NCBI GenBank assembly: GCA_904063045.1 | Contig: CAJFCJ010000027.1 | Span: 372,001 to 436,000, forward strand | DNA from: Dimorphilus gyrociliatus | Lineage: Eukaryota; Animalia; Annelida | Reading direction: 5' to 3' | Length of the DNA stretch: 64,000 nt | In this document: piece after piece, positions 12,371-23,752 of the stretch | Layout of the letters: the number at the start of each line of letters is the position of its first letter | Numbering within the stretch: the stretch's first letter is position 1 | Position numbers and translations under genes: made by a program | The notes under the pieces: model-generated | The model's database searches: none | What the model was told of the DNA's origin: nothing | Seen by the model: the letters and a program-made list of their open reading frames with translations, nothing else

Positions 12371-15334
12371 TCTCTTCCTCTTTCGGTTATTAGGTAACTG
12401 AGATAGTGATGTAACAGGTAATATATTCGGTATTTTCGTTAAGCATTTAATAAGTAATAGTAGTTCATTAAGTATTTTGACATTTGTTAAGAAGATAAAC
12501 AAAATGAAAAGTAAAAGTTAATTATATAGTATAACGGATCGAAAGGAGTAGGAAGCAGAAAAATCAAATGTCTCTTCTCTATATATGTAAATGGAGGGGA
12601 GGTTGGTAGAGGTTTACAAAATACGAGATATTTATAGAACAAGAAAGTAGTTCACTTTAAATCATTTCTATATTTTGATTAAACTATTACTCTATCTGGT
12701 ACAGTGTTTTCTTTGTACAAAGTTTATCACTGCGTCAGCTAAATAGGTTGTTTACTAGCATAGTATCACAATCTTGGCATATTTATTCATAAATAAATAA
12801 ATAAATAAATATATATATATATATAAAACTGAACATTTGGCAGAAATAATGACGAAGAATCAGCTTATAAAGTATATTAGTTCTTTCTCTCATGTTATTT
12901 TTGTAAGAAAAAAACATAAGATAATATCATAGTCTTGATGAAACTTTTGATGGCTATCAGATAATTGAAATCAGATTTTTTAGTTTAGTTTGAATTTTAA
13001 CGAAGCTAAAACAAGACCGACTAGACAGATCATACCAATGACATTTAGATAAGATTATAAATTCCTACTTTCTGCAGAAATTTTATTCTGATTGTTGAGT
13101 AAACATTGATTAGATATATATTCGGGCAAGACAAAAGTTACTTGATATACAAAACGTCAATCAGTATTTATCTTTAAAAGAGTAAAACAATAAAAGCTTT
13201 AAAACGAATTTGTATTAGTATATAGATACTTGTTCACTTGTATATAATCTATATATATATATATATATATATATATTGTATAAACAAATTTCCCCTCTTA
13301 AGAAGAAATTTATCTTCTTTACTACTATTACGAAATTTTGATCTGAAAAATGAATATACTTGTCTTTTATTTATGCAGGTGAATCATTCTTCTTATATTT
13401 AATTAAGCCTTATCGTACACTGGTTAATTGTTTAGCAAGGGATAACAAAAGAAAAAAAAAAAGAGAATTTATCACCTTGATAAAAATACTTAATTAAGGC
13501 TTTTGGGCTACAAGTAGCTTATTGTAAACTGATCAATTATCTATATTTTCAAAAGGTACAAATATGAAACAAATATCCTCCTAGGAAACTGCGATAACGC
13601 TACATTTTTATCTTTCTTCTTCCGAATGAATATGTTCGGTTTTCTATAACAAAATCAATCCTATTTCATGAAGACTTTTAATAATACGCAAACATGGCAC
13701 TATCTAATTTATAGGTTATTCCCATCTCTTATTTTATCTTCAAATTTTAGCTTCCGCTCTATGATAAAAAGTTGTAAAATAGAAACTAAAGATTCGTATA
13801 TCAGTTTAGGGGGAATGAAAGTACTATTTTTATCTCAAGAAATTAAGAGATAGTAACAGGAAGAAATAAAAGCAGAATGAAATATGTCTTTTTCCAGCTG
13901 GAATCTAAAAAACTGTAAAATTTAGTCAATCACTTTCACGTTTACTCTTTATAGTGACATCTTGAGGATAATCTTAACATTTTAACTTTTAAACTTCTAG
14001 TGTTCAGCAGTTGTCTACTTGAGTCTTAGCTTAAGATTAACTAAAGCAGGTAAAGATAGTAGACCATTTGGTGAAGAAATATTTTATCGTATTTAATGTA
14101 ATTGTTTTGGATAGAAAGTATCTCAAGGGTCAATTTCTTAACTTTCTATTTTTAGATAGTCAAAGTTCTACAGCATAAATATAAATTGATGAGAAAAGTT
14201 AAATATACCAAAATGAAATTTGTAGGCATACATTAAATGATAAGCTGTACATTCTCTTCAAATAGTTTTCAAGAGAACAAACATCCTACAATCAAAATGG
14301 CTGATTTATAAAATTGAACAGACTTTTTTGGATAATTTCTATAATTTATCTTTCCCATTTTCTCATTGATATACATTAATTCATTTATTATCTTTTACTT
14401 CCTGAGATAATGACTTTTCTAGATTTAACAAACTTATTTGCTAGTATTCCATTTTTTTTATCTAGCTAGATATATTGCCACAGGTTTATTGTAGATAAGA
14501 TTTAGCTACATTTTACACCTGAAACGTTTTTATTTATTCAAAGAATAGTAAAAATGTATATCATATAGAAATGAAGTGAATTCTATTTAAATAATATCTC
14601 TTTATTAAAAATGATATATAGTTGTTGTCACAAGAGTGACATCTATATTATTTTATGAAATTACTATAATTTCATAAAAGAAATTAAATGATTTTGAAAG
14701 ACAACACTTACTTAATTATGTAAATTATATTTTCTCTATTTTCTCTAGTATTAAACAATACAGTATACTAGATATACTAGAATATTATTTCTATTATAAA
14801 TATAGAAGAAACTTCAAAGTAATTATCAATTCAGCGTTATGTTAAATTTTCTATTGTTGATCATTTATTAGTTAAAAGTCGTTGAGAAATAAATGGACAG
14901 GTAGACTACTTTCACTGATCAATATCAAATAGAATACATGGAAATTGAAGTTATTATTGTTTTAAGATCCTTTTCATAAAGAAACAAGAGAAACAATGAC
15001 TGAGGTTGATTGTATCAATTAGTAAATTATTTACTCCATCTACATTCTTTATTAATAATCATATCTTGTCAGGAGTGCAGTATAGAAAAATCTTATATCA
15101 AACTGTTTGCACTATCAATATCGTCAAACATAGTTTTATATTATCTTTTTACTTCCCTGGGCTTGTTAAAGTTTTAATTAGATTAACTGAGGGATCCGAA
15201 CGTTCTTCAAGTATAGCCATTTTTTTTTATTCATCTAATGACAAACTTTTCTGAGTTACAGTTGCTATATCTGGGTATTCCATTGCGACTATTTGTCTCC
15301 CTGCCACCTCTATTTTGTACCTTGGTGCGGTATA

Positions 15335-16171
15335 CAGTAATCCGCATAAATTTTGGAACACCCTAAATTTTGATAGGCCAAATTTAAAATAACGGTCAAA
15401 AATGTTTTTTCCCACGAAAATAGTTGTTTTTGTCTAAATTTATATAGATAAAGAGTAATATTTACGTAATATTGAAAAAAAATTGAGAAAATGATGATAT
15501 TTGGGAATATTATTAGTAAAATATTTTTCATAATTAAGAGCAACAGCAAGGGTTTTGTGGATGGCACCATCATCAATTAGCAATATTCTATGATACAATC
15601 CACCAGAACAGGAGAATAGGGATCGTCCAAAGAGACTTACAGAGAGAGACATAGGCAGGATGAAAGAATAATAAAGAAATTGAAAATAAATAAGGAAAGG
15701 TGATAGCAGGAAAAATTTTTACAGGAATTAAAAGTAGATGTAAGCATAGCAACTATTCAGATGGAGCTGAAAAGACAAAATTTCAAATATGAATGAGTGA
15801 GACAAAGACGTGACCTCACATCCAACAATTGCGAAAAAAGAAAAACATATTGCCTTAAAATGATCAGTGATAATCTAGACTGGTCTAAAGTAATTTTCAC
15901 CAACGAGGCTAGATTCTCACTGAGTGGCCCTGATGACTTCAGAACATGGACAAATCATAGTGAAAAAAACTTCAGGGTGACGAAAAATATGGGCAGAGGT
16001 AGAGTAATGGTTTGGGGACTCATAGCATCTGATGGAATATTTGAGATATGGAGCATAGAGAAAAAACTGAATGCTGACAACTATAGCAGTTTTATTGTTG
16101 AAGATATTCTGCCTGTAATAAAAGATATATCAGCTAAAATGGGGAGGCAGTACATCTTCCAGCAAGACAAT
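15335..16171 (+). mobile_element. Tc1-like DNA transposon remnant (left end plus truncated, inactivated transposase)
   Basis: TA|CAGTAATCCGCATAAATTTTGGAACACCC left TIR at 15335. HTH-like LRATARVLWMAPSSISNIL and DRPKRLTERD (GRPR-like) with stops and frameshifts; WSKVIFTNEARF (first catalytic D changed to N), GRVMVWG, YIFQQDN. Truncated immediately after QQDN; no right TIR found. Confidence 0.9.
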
Positions 16172-16315
16172 GATAAATCCTGCAAAGATTCAGATACACC
16201 AAGTGAAAAATGTAGACGAGGACTTGAAAATCTTGAATGTAAGAATGATAAATGTGCCTGCAAAGCAAACTACTTTTACAACTATATTCAATAAAATTCT
16301 TGTCAACGCAATGAT
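16172..16315 (+). pseudogene. exon-5 remnant of a sixth Cys-rich cluster paralogue, fused in frame to the Tc1 transposase
   Basis: DKSCKDSDTPSEKCRRGLENLECKNDKCACKANYFYNYIQ*NSCQRND aligns with exon 5 of genes 1 and 2 (DKSCKDADTASEKCRRGTENLECKxDKCVCK...C..KD) but differs from both. Contains a premature stop and the splice donor is lost. Confidence 0.85.
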
Positions 16316-16386
16316 TAATAATCTCGTATAAAATTTTTTTATATATCTGAAGCATGAAAACTCATGGAAAATATGCAAAGATAATA

Positions 16387-16923
16387 CAGTACCGATAGCC
16401 TAAATTTGAACACCATTCTTTTTATGAAAATTAATTTTTTTCAACTTTGGCCTAAGCAAGTTGTTTTTTAGAGAAATTAAAATGAAGACAGAATTATCTA
16501 TCTTTACTTGAGAATTATAAAAGCTGTATTTAATACAAACTAGATAAGAAAAATATGTCTTTTCATCAACGAGGTGTTTAAATCGATTTTTCTATATTTT
16601 TTAAAATAAGAATAATGAAGTTGCAAAAGGTAAAAATGAAAATCATTTTGCAACAGTGTTAGATAATTTGTGAAAATTATTCTTGAACATTTATCACTTA
16701 CAACTTTTAATTAATTAACCAATTTAGTCAATTTTTGCATAAATCAATAATTTTCTTATTTCTATTGTGATAAACAAAGATTTTATAAATTTCGCTTAAA
16801 GATAGATAAGCTGTCCTTATTTTAACTTCTCTTTAAAACATTTTGTTTAGGCCAAAAAAAAGAAAAATTCATTTTTGTAAAAAAAAAAAGAAAAAAGTAT
16901 CTAAAAATAGGGTATCTGTACTG
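16387..16923. mobile_element. 537-bp non-autonomous Tc1/mariner-type element (MITE) with TA target-site duplication
   Basis: TA|CAGTACCGATAGCCTAAATTTG ... CTAAAAATAGGGTATCTGTACTG|TA. Imperfect inverted similarity extends about 80 bp (ttggcctaa/ttaggccaa). The paralogous empty site at 9320-9333 (gataaTAtattagc) has a single TA. No coding capacity. Confidence 0.93.
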
Positions 16924-17072
16924 TATATTAGCATATTAAAGGTGTGGCGCTTATGATATCTTATCAAAACTTTACTAATTTCTATAGGCTAGCTGCGCTC
17001 TCATCTAAGTGTATAAAAAGGCAGCAGACTGCATTAGAACACATATCAACTCGAGGAACACTCATATCAACA

Positions 17073-18367
17073 ATGGTCGCAATCAAACTTTTAATACTAT
17101 GCTCAGCTGTTGCTGTAGCTTTAGGTAAAAGAATATCTTCTTTATGTTTTCTTTAACTTCTACTCTATTCTCTTTACTTGAATCTTTCATTCTTCTCTTT
17201 CTTTATAGCAAAAATTGACAATGGTAAAACGTGTCTTCGAATGAAAAGTGATTGTGTTGATAACGCCGAATGCAAAGGGTAACTTTAGTATTTTTAACTA
17301 TCATTTATACATATGTATACTAGTATACTAATATACTATATACATTCAAACAATGTTCTTTTACGGTTATTAGCAATATCTTTATTCTATTATATTTTTT
17401 TAGAACTGAAGATTCAAAATGGAACTGTTTATTAGGAATATGCGGATGTAAGAATGGTTACTTTTCAAAGTCAGCTACAGAATGCGCTAAATATAGTACG
17501 TCATCATTGTTATAAAAAAAAACACGTTCATTTTAATTAATACAGTGTCTTTTAGGGGACTTGGATCAAGATTGTTCTAATACTGCTGGTGACGGAAAAC
17601 TATGCGATCCAGGCAGAAATATGATGTGCTATGCTGCTATTTGTAAATGTAGAAACGATAAATTTGAAAGAGACGGTACTGGATGTAAACTTAAAATTTC
17701 TGAAGAGAAAACACTTAAACAGACCTGCACTGAAGATTTGCAATGTGTTAAAGGTAATGAAATTGAAGTAAACTTAACGTTATATATTGAAAATTCACTT
17801 TGAAAATAATAGGTCTTGCAATGGGTTCTGCTAGTTGCCAGGGAGGAACTTGTAAATGTCTTCCGCCTTGGACAACTGTTGGTAAAACGTGTGTAAATCA
17901 AGAATATGATAAATCCTGCAAAGATGCAGATACAGCAAGTGAAAAATGTAGACGAGGAACTGAAAATCTTGAATGTAAGAACGATAAATGCGTCTGCAAA
18001 ATCGATTTTAATTATAACACACGAGTAAAGAAGTGCCTGCACAAAGATTGTAAGTTTGAATTATTGATATTAATATTATAAATTAGCAGATTGTATATTT
18101 GAATATTGATATATTTTGCTAATTTGAATAGCTAGAGTGAATAGGAAGGAAGGAGAAACTTGTTCACCTATAATCATCGCAGACAACACAAAAAAAGATA
18201 TTTGTGAAAGTAAATTTGTCTGCAGAAAATGTTCAAGTGACACCTCTGCTGATGGATTCTGTGTTGATGGTAAGTGTTGGAAGAATAATTATCAATTTAT
18301 AACAAATGATTAATAATTGTATTATCATTTCTTTTTTTCAGTTAACAAAATCAATTGTAATGGATAA
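17073..18367 (+). CDS. Cys-rich EB/EGF-like-module protein, cluster gene 2 (270 aa); TAA before the GPI tail predicts a secreted form
   Basis: Exons 17073-17124, 17209-17278, 17404-17495, 17556-17753, 17813-18049, 18132-18269, 18342-18367. Ends VNKINCNG* (TAA 18365-18367, TCA in gene 1). The hydrophobic tail remains open to TAA 18428-18430. Confidence 0.88.
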
Positions 18368-19061
18368 ACCATCATTTCTGCAAGCGTTGCACTACTATTG
18401 ACAGTCGTTTTAGCTTTTTTGGCTTACTAATTAAGTAGTGCGAACGATATAAATGAAATGTTGATGCTTATAGTTTATCAGTGAAATTTTATAAAAGTCA
18501 TAAACAGTGTTAATTATAAGATTAAAGAAGGCATAAAAAGATTTACGAAATTGTAAGTTGTTTGTTAATTATTACACGTTAAAGTTGGAAAAGAAACAAA
18601 AGATACGATTCTTTTTCTTCCTACACAGGATTACTATCTGTATCATATTTTTGACGTTTTTTATTTTATTAAACAAGCTTTATCTGAATTTTGTCTTTGT
18701 TAGTATTCACAATTCAACAAAATTACTTTATCTTCAGATAAGGAGGGTTATAGAATAGACAAATAACATCTTTGAACGCTCTAATTGAAAATATATTCGT
18801 ATGAGTCATAAAAAATGTTCTTTATTCGTGAAAAACATCAGAGGAATATAATATAAGAAAAGAAAAACAATCAACATTTACCTATCTAATTTGCGTTAAA
18901 ACAGGAATTCGTGTTCAGAAATGAGTTTAACGACAATAAAATTATCTTTAATTAGTTGTAAAGTTAGCTTAGGAAATTACAAAGCGAATTTATGAATATA
19001 TACTTAATTAAATATTTATAAGAAATAAACTTTTAAATAGATTAATAATTTAATTGTTTAT

Positions 19062-20330
19062 TCAGCAAAACATTCTTCTAATAACCATAAAAATAATAGT
19101 TAGAACTATAAATTCATTAATCACACTGTTTTTTAGGCCTGAGTTTTTCGGAGGTTTTGTGTCATCTTCTAATAAAATAGAATTATTTTCTTGTATATTA
19201 CAAGTACAGTTGGATTGAAATTGAATAAAATCTAACCGTTTACGCAACGATCTTTTAGTTTTGCGTCATCAGAACAACCATAACAAAAGAATTCCGTCTT
19301 ACATAATTGAACAGGGTCTGCTTTACCTTTTGGTACAGGTGTACAAGTTTCCAAATAATCTCTATCAATAACGGCTGTTGAATGATTTTTTTAAAATAAA
19401 TAAAACACTATTAATTGAATATGAAACTCTATAAAACCCACAGCCTTCCTTTAAACACATATTTCTCTTCCATGTAAAAGTTGATTTACACTTGCATACT
19501 TTGTCCTTACACTCCATATTTTTATCTTCAGTTCCTCTACACTTCTCCGACGATTTGCCATCCTGACAAGACTCCCCATAGTTTTGTTTAACGCATTTAT
19601 CACCAACAGTTGTTGCGTCAAAATAACATTTACATTTGTTGTCTTGACAGAAAGCGTTACTTAACCTATCTAAAGTATAGAACTGATAAATCCATTGATT
19701 AGTTTTAAAGACTTTATACTTACCTTTACTACATTCATCGCTATTCTCACAAGTTTCGCCAAGTCCTTTTCTAGCCGAATTCTTTAAAATACATCCTTTC
19801 GGATTTTCTCCATCAGGTTCGTAATTTTCTTTACAAATGCACTTTTCATTCTCACATTGCAGTTTAATAGCTTCATAGCACATTTTTTTAGCATTATCTT
19901 TTTCGCAGTCTTCTCCTAAAGTTTCTATTTAATTGAAATAAGTTTATTGAAATGAATTAAATACTGTACATTCAAAATTATTCATACAAACTTAATTTAT
20001 GACATTGATTTCCATCAATCGAAAAATCGAATTTACAAAGACAAGTTCCATATCTACATATCGAAATAGCATTACCAGTTCTGTGAATATTATTTGAATA
20101 AAATAACATTATTATAAGACAATCTTATATTCAAATTCTAACTGCACACAAGTTGAATTTGGTACTTTACAATCATTTTGTTTTACTTCACATCTATCAT
20201 TTAAATTTTCATTTCCTGAAAAAGATAACCCATTCGTTAAAAGTTTTAGTAAGATATAAATAATTTAATTCCTTTTACCGTAAGCGTAAAATGACATGAT
20301 AAATAGACAAATAACTTTTAGAAGAAACAT
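19062..20330 (-). CDS. Cys-rich EB/EGF-like-module surface protein, cluster gene 3 (295 aa)
   Basis: Minus-strand exons 20330-20279, 20215-20143, 20080-19992, 19924-19724, 19669-19442, 19374-19237, 19168-19062; same phases as gene 1. Signal peptide MFLLKVICLFIMSFYAYG; hydrophobic C-terminus SVINEFIVLTIIFMVIRRMFC*. Confidence 0.9.
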
Positions 20331-21172
20331 AGTCAAAATGAAAATTTTCAATATCTGTAAAAGATATAAAGATATATAAGCTTTATATATTGCTATATTA
20401 ATTTATAGAAAAATGAATAATCCTGTTGTAAAAGAAGGCTATTTTTAAAAAGTGCTAATACAAACTATAAATGTTAATTTTTCAAGTATGCAATATATTT
20501 GGGGTCATCTAGTTCACTGTAACAATCTTATACTATATCTCTTTATTCCCTTTAAGAAGAATAATAAAACTACCTTCGTTCTCTATAGCTCTCAGTTAAA
20601 TCAAAATGATCGACTTAAAGACTAATGAATATAAAATATTCTATCAAACATTAGAATGAATTTGAATAATTAAACTAATGCGCAATAACAAAACGGTAAC
20701 TCACCTATACTCGACGTGCTACAGTAATGATTTATAATACACTTCTTATCTGATAACCAACAGATGATAACAACCAGTAATACGTGAAATAATCATAATT
20801 TTGCGAAAATAGCAAAAACTTGAGCTATATTTATACCTTTTAAAAATAGATATAATAAAAATTAAACAAGAATTATACTATTTAACTCTATTTATATGTA
20901 ATTTCGACCCAAAAAAACCACTTTTTAAAGGTTTATTGGCAATAAAAATATATTTCTTGATAACGAAAGTATATATATATATATACAGTATATACAATAT
21001 GTTGCAAATTTATCTGAATTTTATTCATTCACGTTAGGAAGACGACTTGTACTCAAAAGGGTTAGAAAAGATACTCGTACTATTAATATAAGGAAACATT
21101 TGTTCTAGTTACTAAAAAATAAAGAAATTAATAATTAGCATCTTTAAAAGTTTAACTAAATTATCTTGAAAA

Positions 21173-22445
21173 ATGATCAAATTAATTATATTATTTTTGA
21201 TATACTACTCTCCTTATCTGAATGCATGTAAGATATTATTTAATATAGTTATATAGAAATACAATATAAATGGTTATTAATTCAAAATTATAGCTTCTCA
21301 ATTCAAGATCTATGGAGATTTATGCGAATCTGATAGGAATTGTACAAAAGAATCATCAGTGTGTCTCAAGTATTTACATAATATTCCTTTGTTAAAATTT
21401 TAGTTAACTTATACTATTTATTATTAAATGTTTTAGGCTTGCACAGGATGAGGCGAGACAATGCAAGATAGGATATTGCGCCTGTGCTAATGGTTATTAT
21501 ATGTCGGAGGAAGAATGCAAGAAACAGAGTGGGTACCTTCTATTTTCTAAATACGTTTTATCTTATTTCGTTAAAATATATTTAGAAAGTTATAACGAAA
21601 ATTGCGACAAAGATATAGCTTGTGCCAGAAACTTAGTGTGTGTGAATAATAAATGTGCATGTAGAGATTTATTCGAAAGAGATCCTTCAAACCCTTCTTC
21701 TTGTGTTTTGAAAGAGAATGAAAAAAAAGCACTTGGGGAATCATGTCTTGCTAGCGTACAGTGCGTTAAAAGTAAAGTATTCTATTTATATAAAAATCTT
21801 AATTATCATTAAACATCTTATTTAAAAACTAGATGGATTAAAGCATGCCGCATGTTTCATCTTTCAATGCAAGTGTGCTGTATCTTATACAACAGTTGGT
21901 GACAAGTGTATTGAACAAAAATACGATGATAACTGTAAAGATGGTACTATATCCGAGAAATGTAAAGGACTTGGAGACACCAATATGATGTGCACAGCTA
22001 ATGATATTTGCAAATGTAAAGATGGTTATGAACGTAAAAGAAATGGTTGTTTTAAAATCGGCTGTAAGTTGATAGTAAAAATAGATGATTGTACAACATT
22101 ATCCATATTTTCTACTGTTCTATTCATATTTTGAATGATTCATTTAAGGTAGTGCCATCTCTTGTCTCTCGTGAAGTTTAGAGTGGTAACGATAAAACAG
22201 TGTTTCCAGTTTCCTGAGTAGGAAAACAGATTAAGTCTGTTTGGAGGTGATGAAAGATATGAAGAAATTTGCTATGGCAAAAATGCTACAATCTTAGTCC
22301 AGATGTATTAATTAAAAATCCTAAAAAATTCTATTATAAAAGGCGTTTGAACAAACAGACGTTTATATGGTCGCTCTCTTCAGTTAAAAAACCTAATAGA
22401 AGTAACAAAGAAATGTCATAATTTTAAAAATTGTAGTTTTTAAAC

Positions 22446-22482
<37 letters not shown>

Positions 22483-23097
22483 CACACACACACACACACA
22501 CAGAGAAGAAAAACAATGCTATAAACCAACAATCATGTGTATTTTTCCCATGTTTATAAAAACAGAATTCAAGTATGTCACAACAGACTAAGCATACTAT
22601 TATTTACCGGTTTCTAGTACTAAAATATAAGAGATTTTTACCTAGAAGTCATTATTTTCTATTAATTAAATTACTTAACAATTCTCTTTTTTCCCTACTT
22701 TGCCAAGTAATTATATTATTTATGAAATAATTTTAATATACGTATTTTATTATTACTTATCAGGTAATAATTAAATAACTAGTTCTCTTTTTATGTCATT
22801 TTCCAGCCATTTATGATAGAGATGTTGGTGAAAGTTGTTCTATACACGACATAGGAAATATTAATCGTGTAGCAATGTGCAAAGAGGATTCAGTTTGCCA
22901 GGTTTGCTCACACAAACCTACTAGTCTTCCAAAATGTGTTAGAAGTAAGTTAATCGAAAGAGCAAAGTGTATGAAACTAAAAATTTTTCTTTTTTAAATC
23001 CACTGTAGAAAATGAATCAGAAAATTCAAGTGAATTAGTACTACCAAACATTGGAACAATTCTATTTTCTGGATTATTTTATCTGTTTAGACTATGA
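21173..23097 (+). CDS. Cys-rich EB/EGF-like-module surface protein, cluster gene 4 (288 aa)
   Basis: Exons 21173-21227, 21294-21369, 21437-21528, 21586-21771, 21833-22063, 22807-22944, 23009-23097; same phases. Signal peptide MIKLIILFLIYYSPYLNA; tail NSSELVLPNIGTILFSGLFYLFRL*. Confidence 0.9.
22446..22502. repeat. compound (AG)n(AC)n microsatellite in intron 5 of cluster gene 4
   Basis: Read directly. Other long dinucleotide tracts include (TC)n 26109-26142 and (TA)n 46146-46177. Confidence 0.95.
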
Positions 23098-23752
23098 TTT
23101 ATCAATTCTGTTTCTTTTCATCAATTATTCTAATAAAGAGAAAGTTTCTTTTATTTCATTACATTTAAAATTTAAAGTAGTTTAATTATAAAAATAATCA
23201 ATAGAGCAAATAGTCAACGGTGTATGTAGTGACTTATTTAGCTTGTTGTTTATAGGAAAACAGTGAGGTGAATGACCATTAGATTATCATCTATTTGCAT
23301 AATTTCCAAATAGATTTCATCACTGTCCTTTTTATAAGGGAAAATCGTATAATCATTAAAGACATGTATAAAGACAATAAATCTCTCTTTCTATTAGACT
23401 ATTGATTAGTTCTGATCAAAATTTAAGTTTTAGTTTCCCCTTAATGGAGCGTTAATATTTTTTATTCACTGTTCTGATAAGAAGCTATATTTACTGTCAA
23501 AAATGGACTAATGTTAATGTTACAATCAATTTAGTACTTGACATTATCACTATTCACTAATGAATATCATTTTTTTCATATATATACTGTGTATATCATA
23601 AAGGATAGTAAACTTTAAATGGAAATCTACTAGCAAAACTAAGGCAACGAGATTTGGAAAAGAACGTAATAAAACTTACTTTTATTGATATAAATATTTA
23701 ACAAGTAACATCTTACGCTTTTCAGATTAATATTTAATTGACTATTTAGAGA

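Larger units (their letters stand above)
16265..18441 (+). repeat. recent segmental duplication, copy B (paralogous to 9206-10835)
   Basis: Near-identical introns and exons with copy A. Offset is 7599 bp before exon 4 and 7615 bp after it. Confidence 0.95.

Noticed and set aside
14880-15330. Minus-strand stretch with faint resemblance to non-LTR retrotransposon ORF1 (KTMFDDIDSANSLI; GVNNLLID)
   Set aside because: Multiple stops and frameshifts, only impressionistic similarity. Needs a tBLASTn/Dfam hit.
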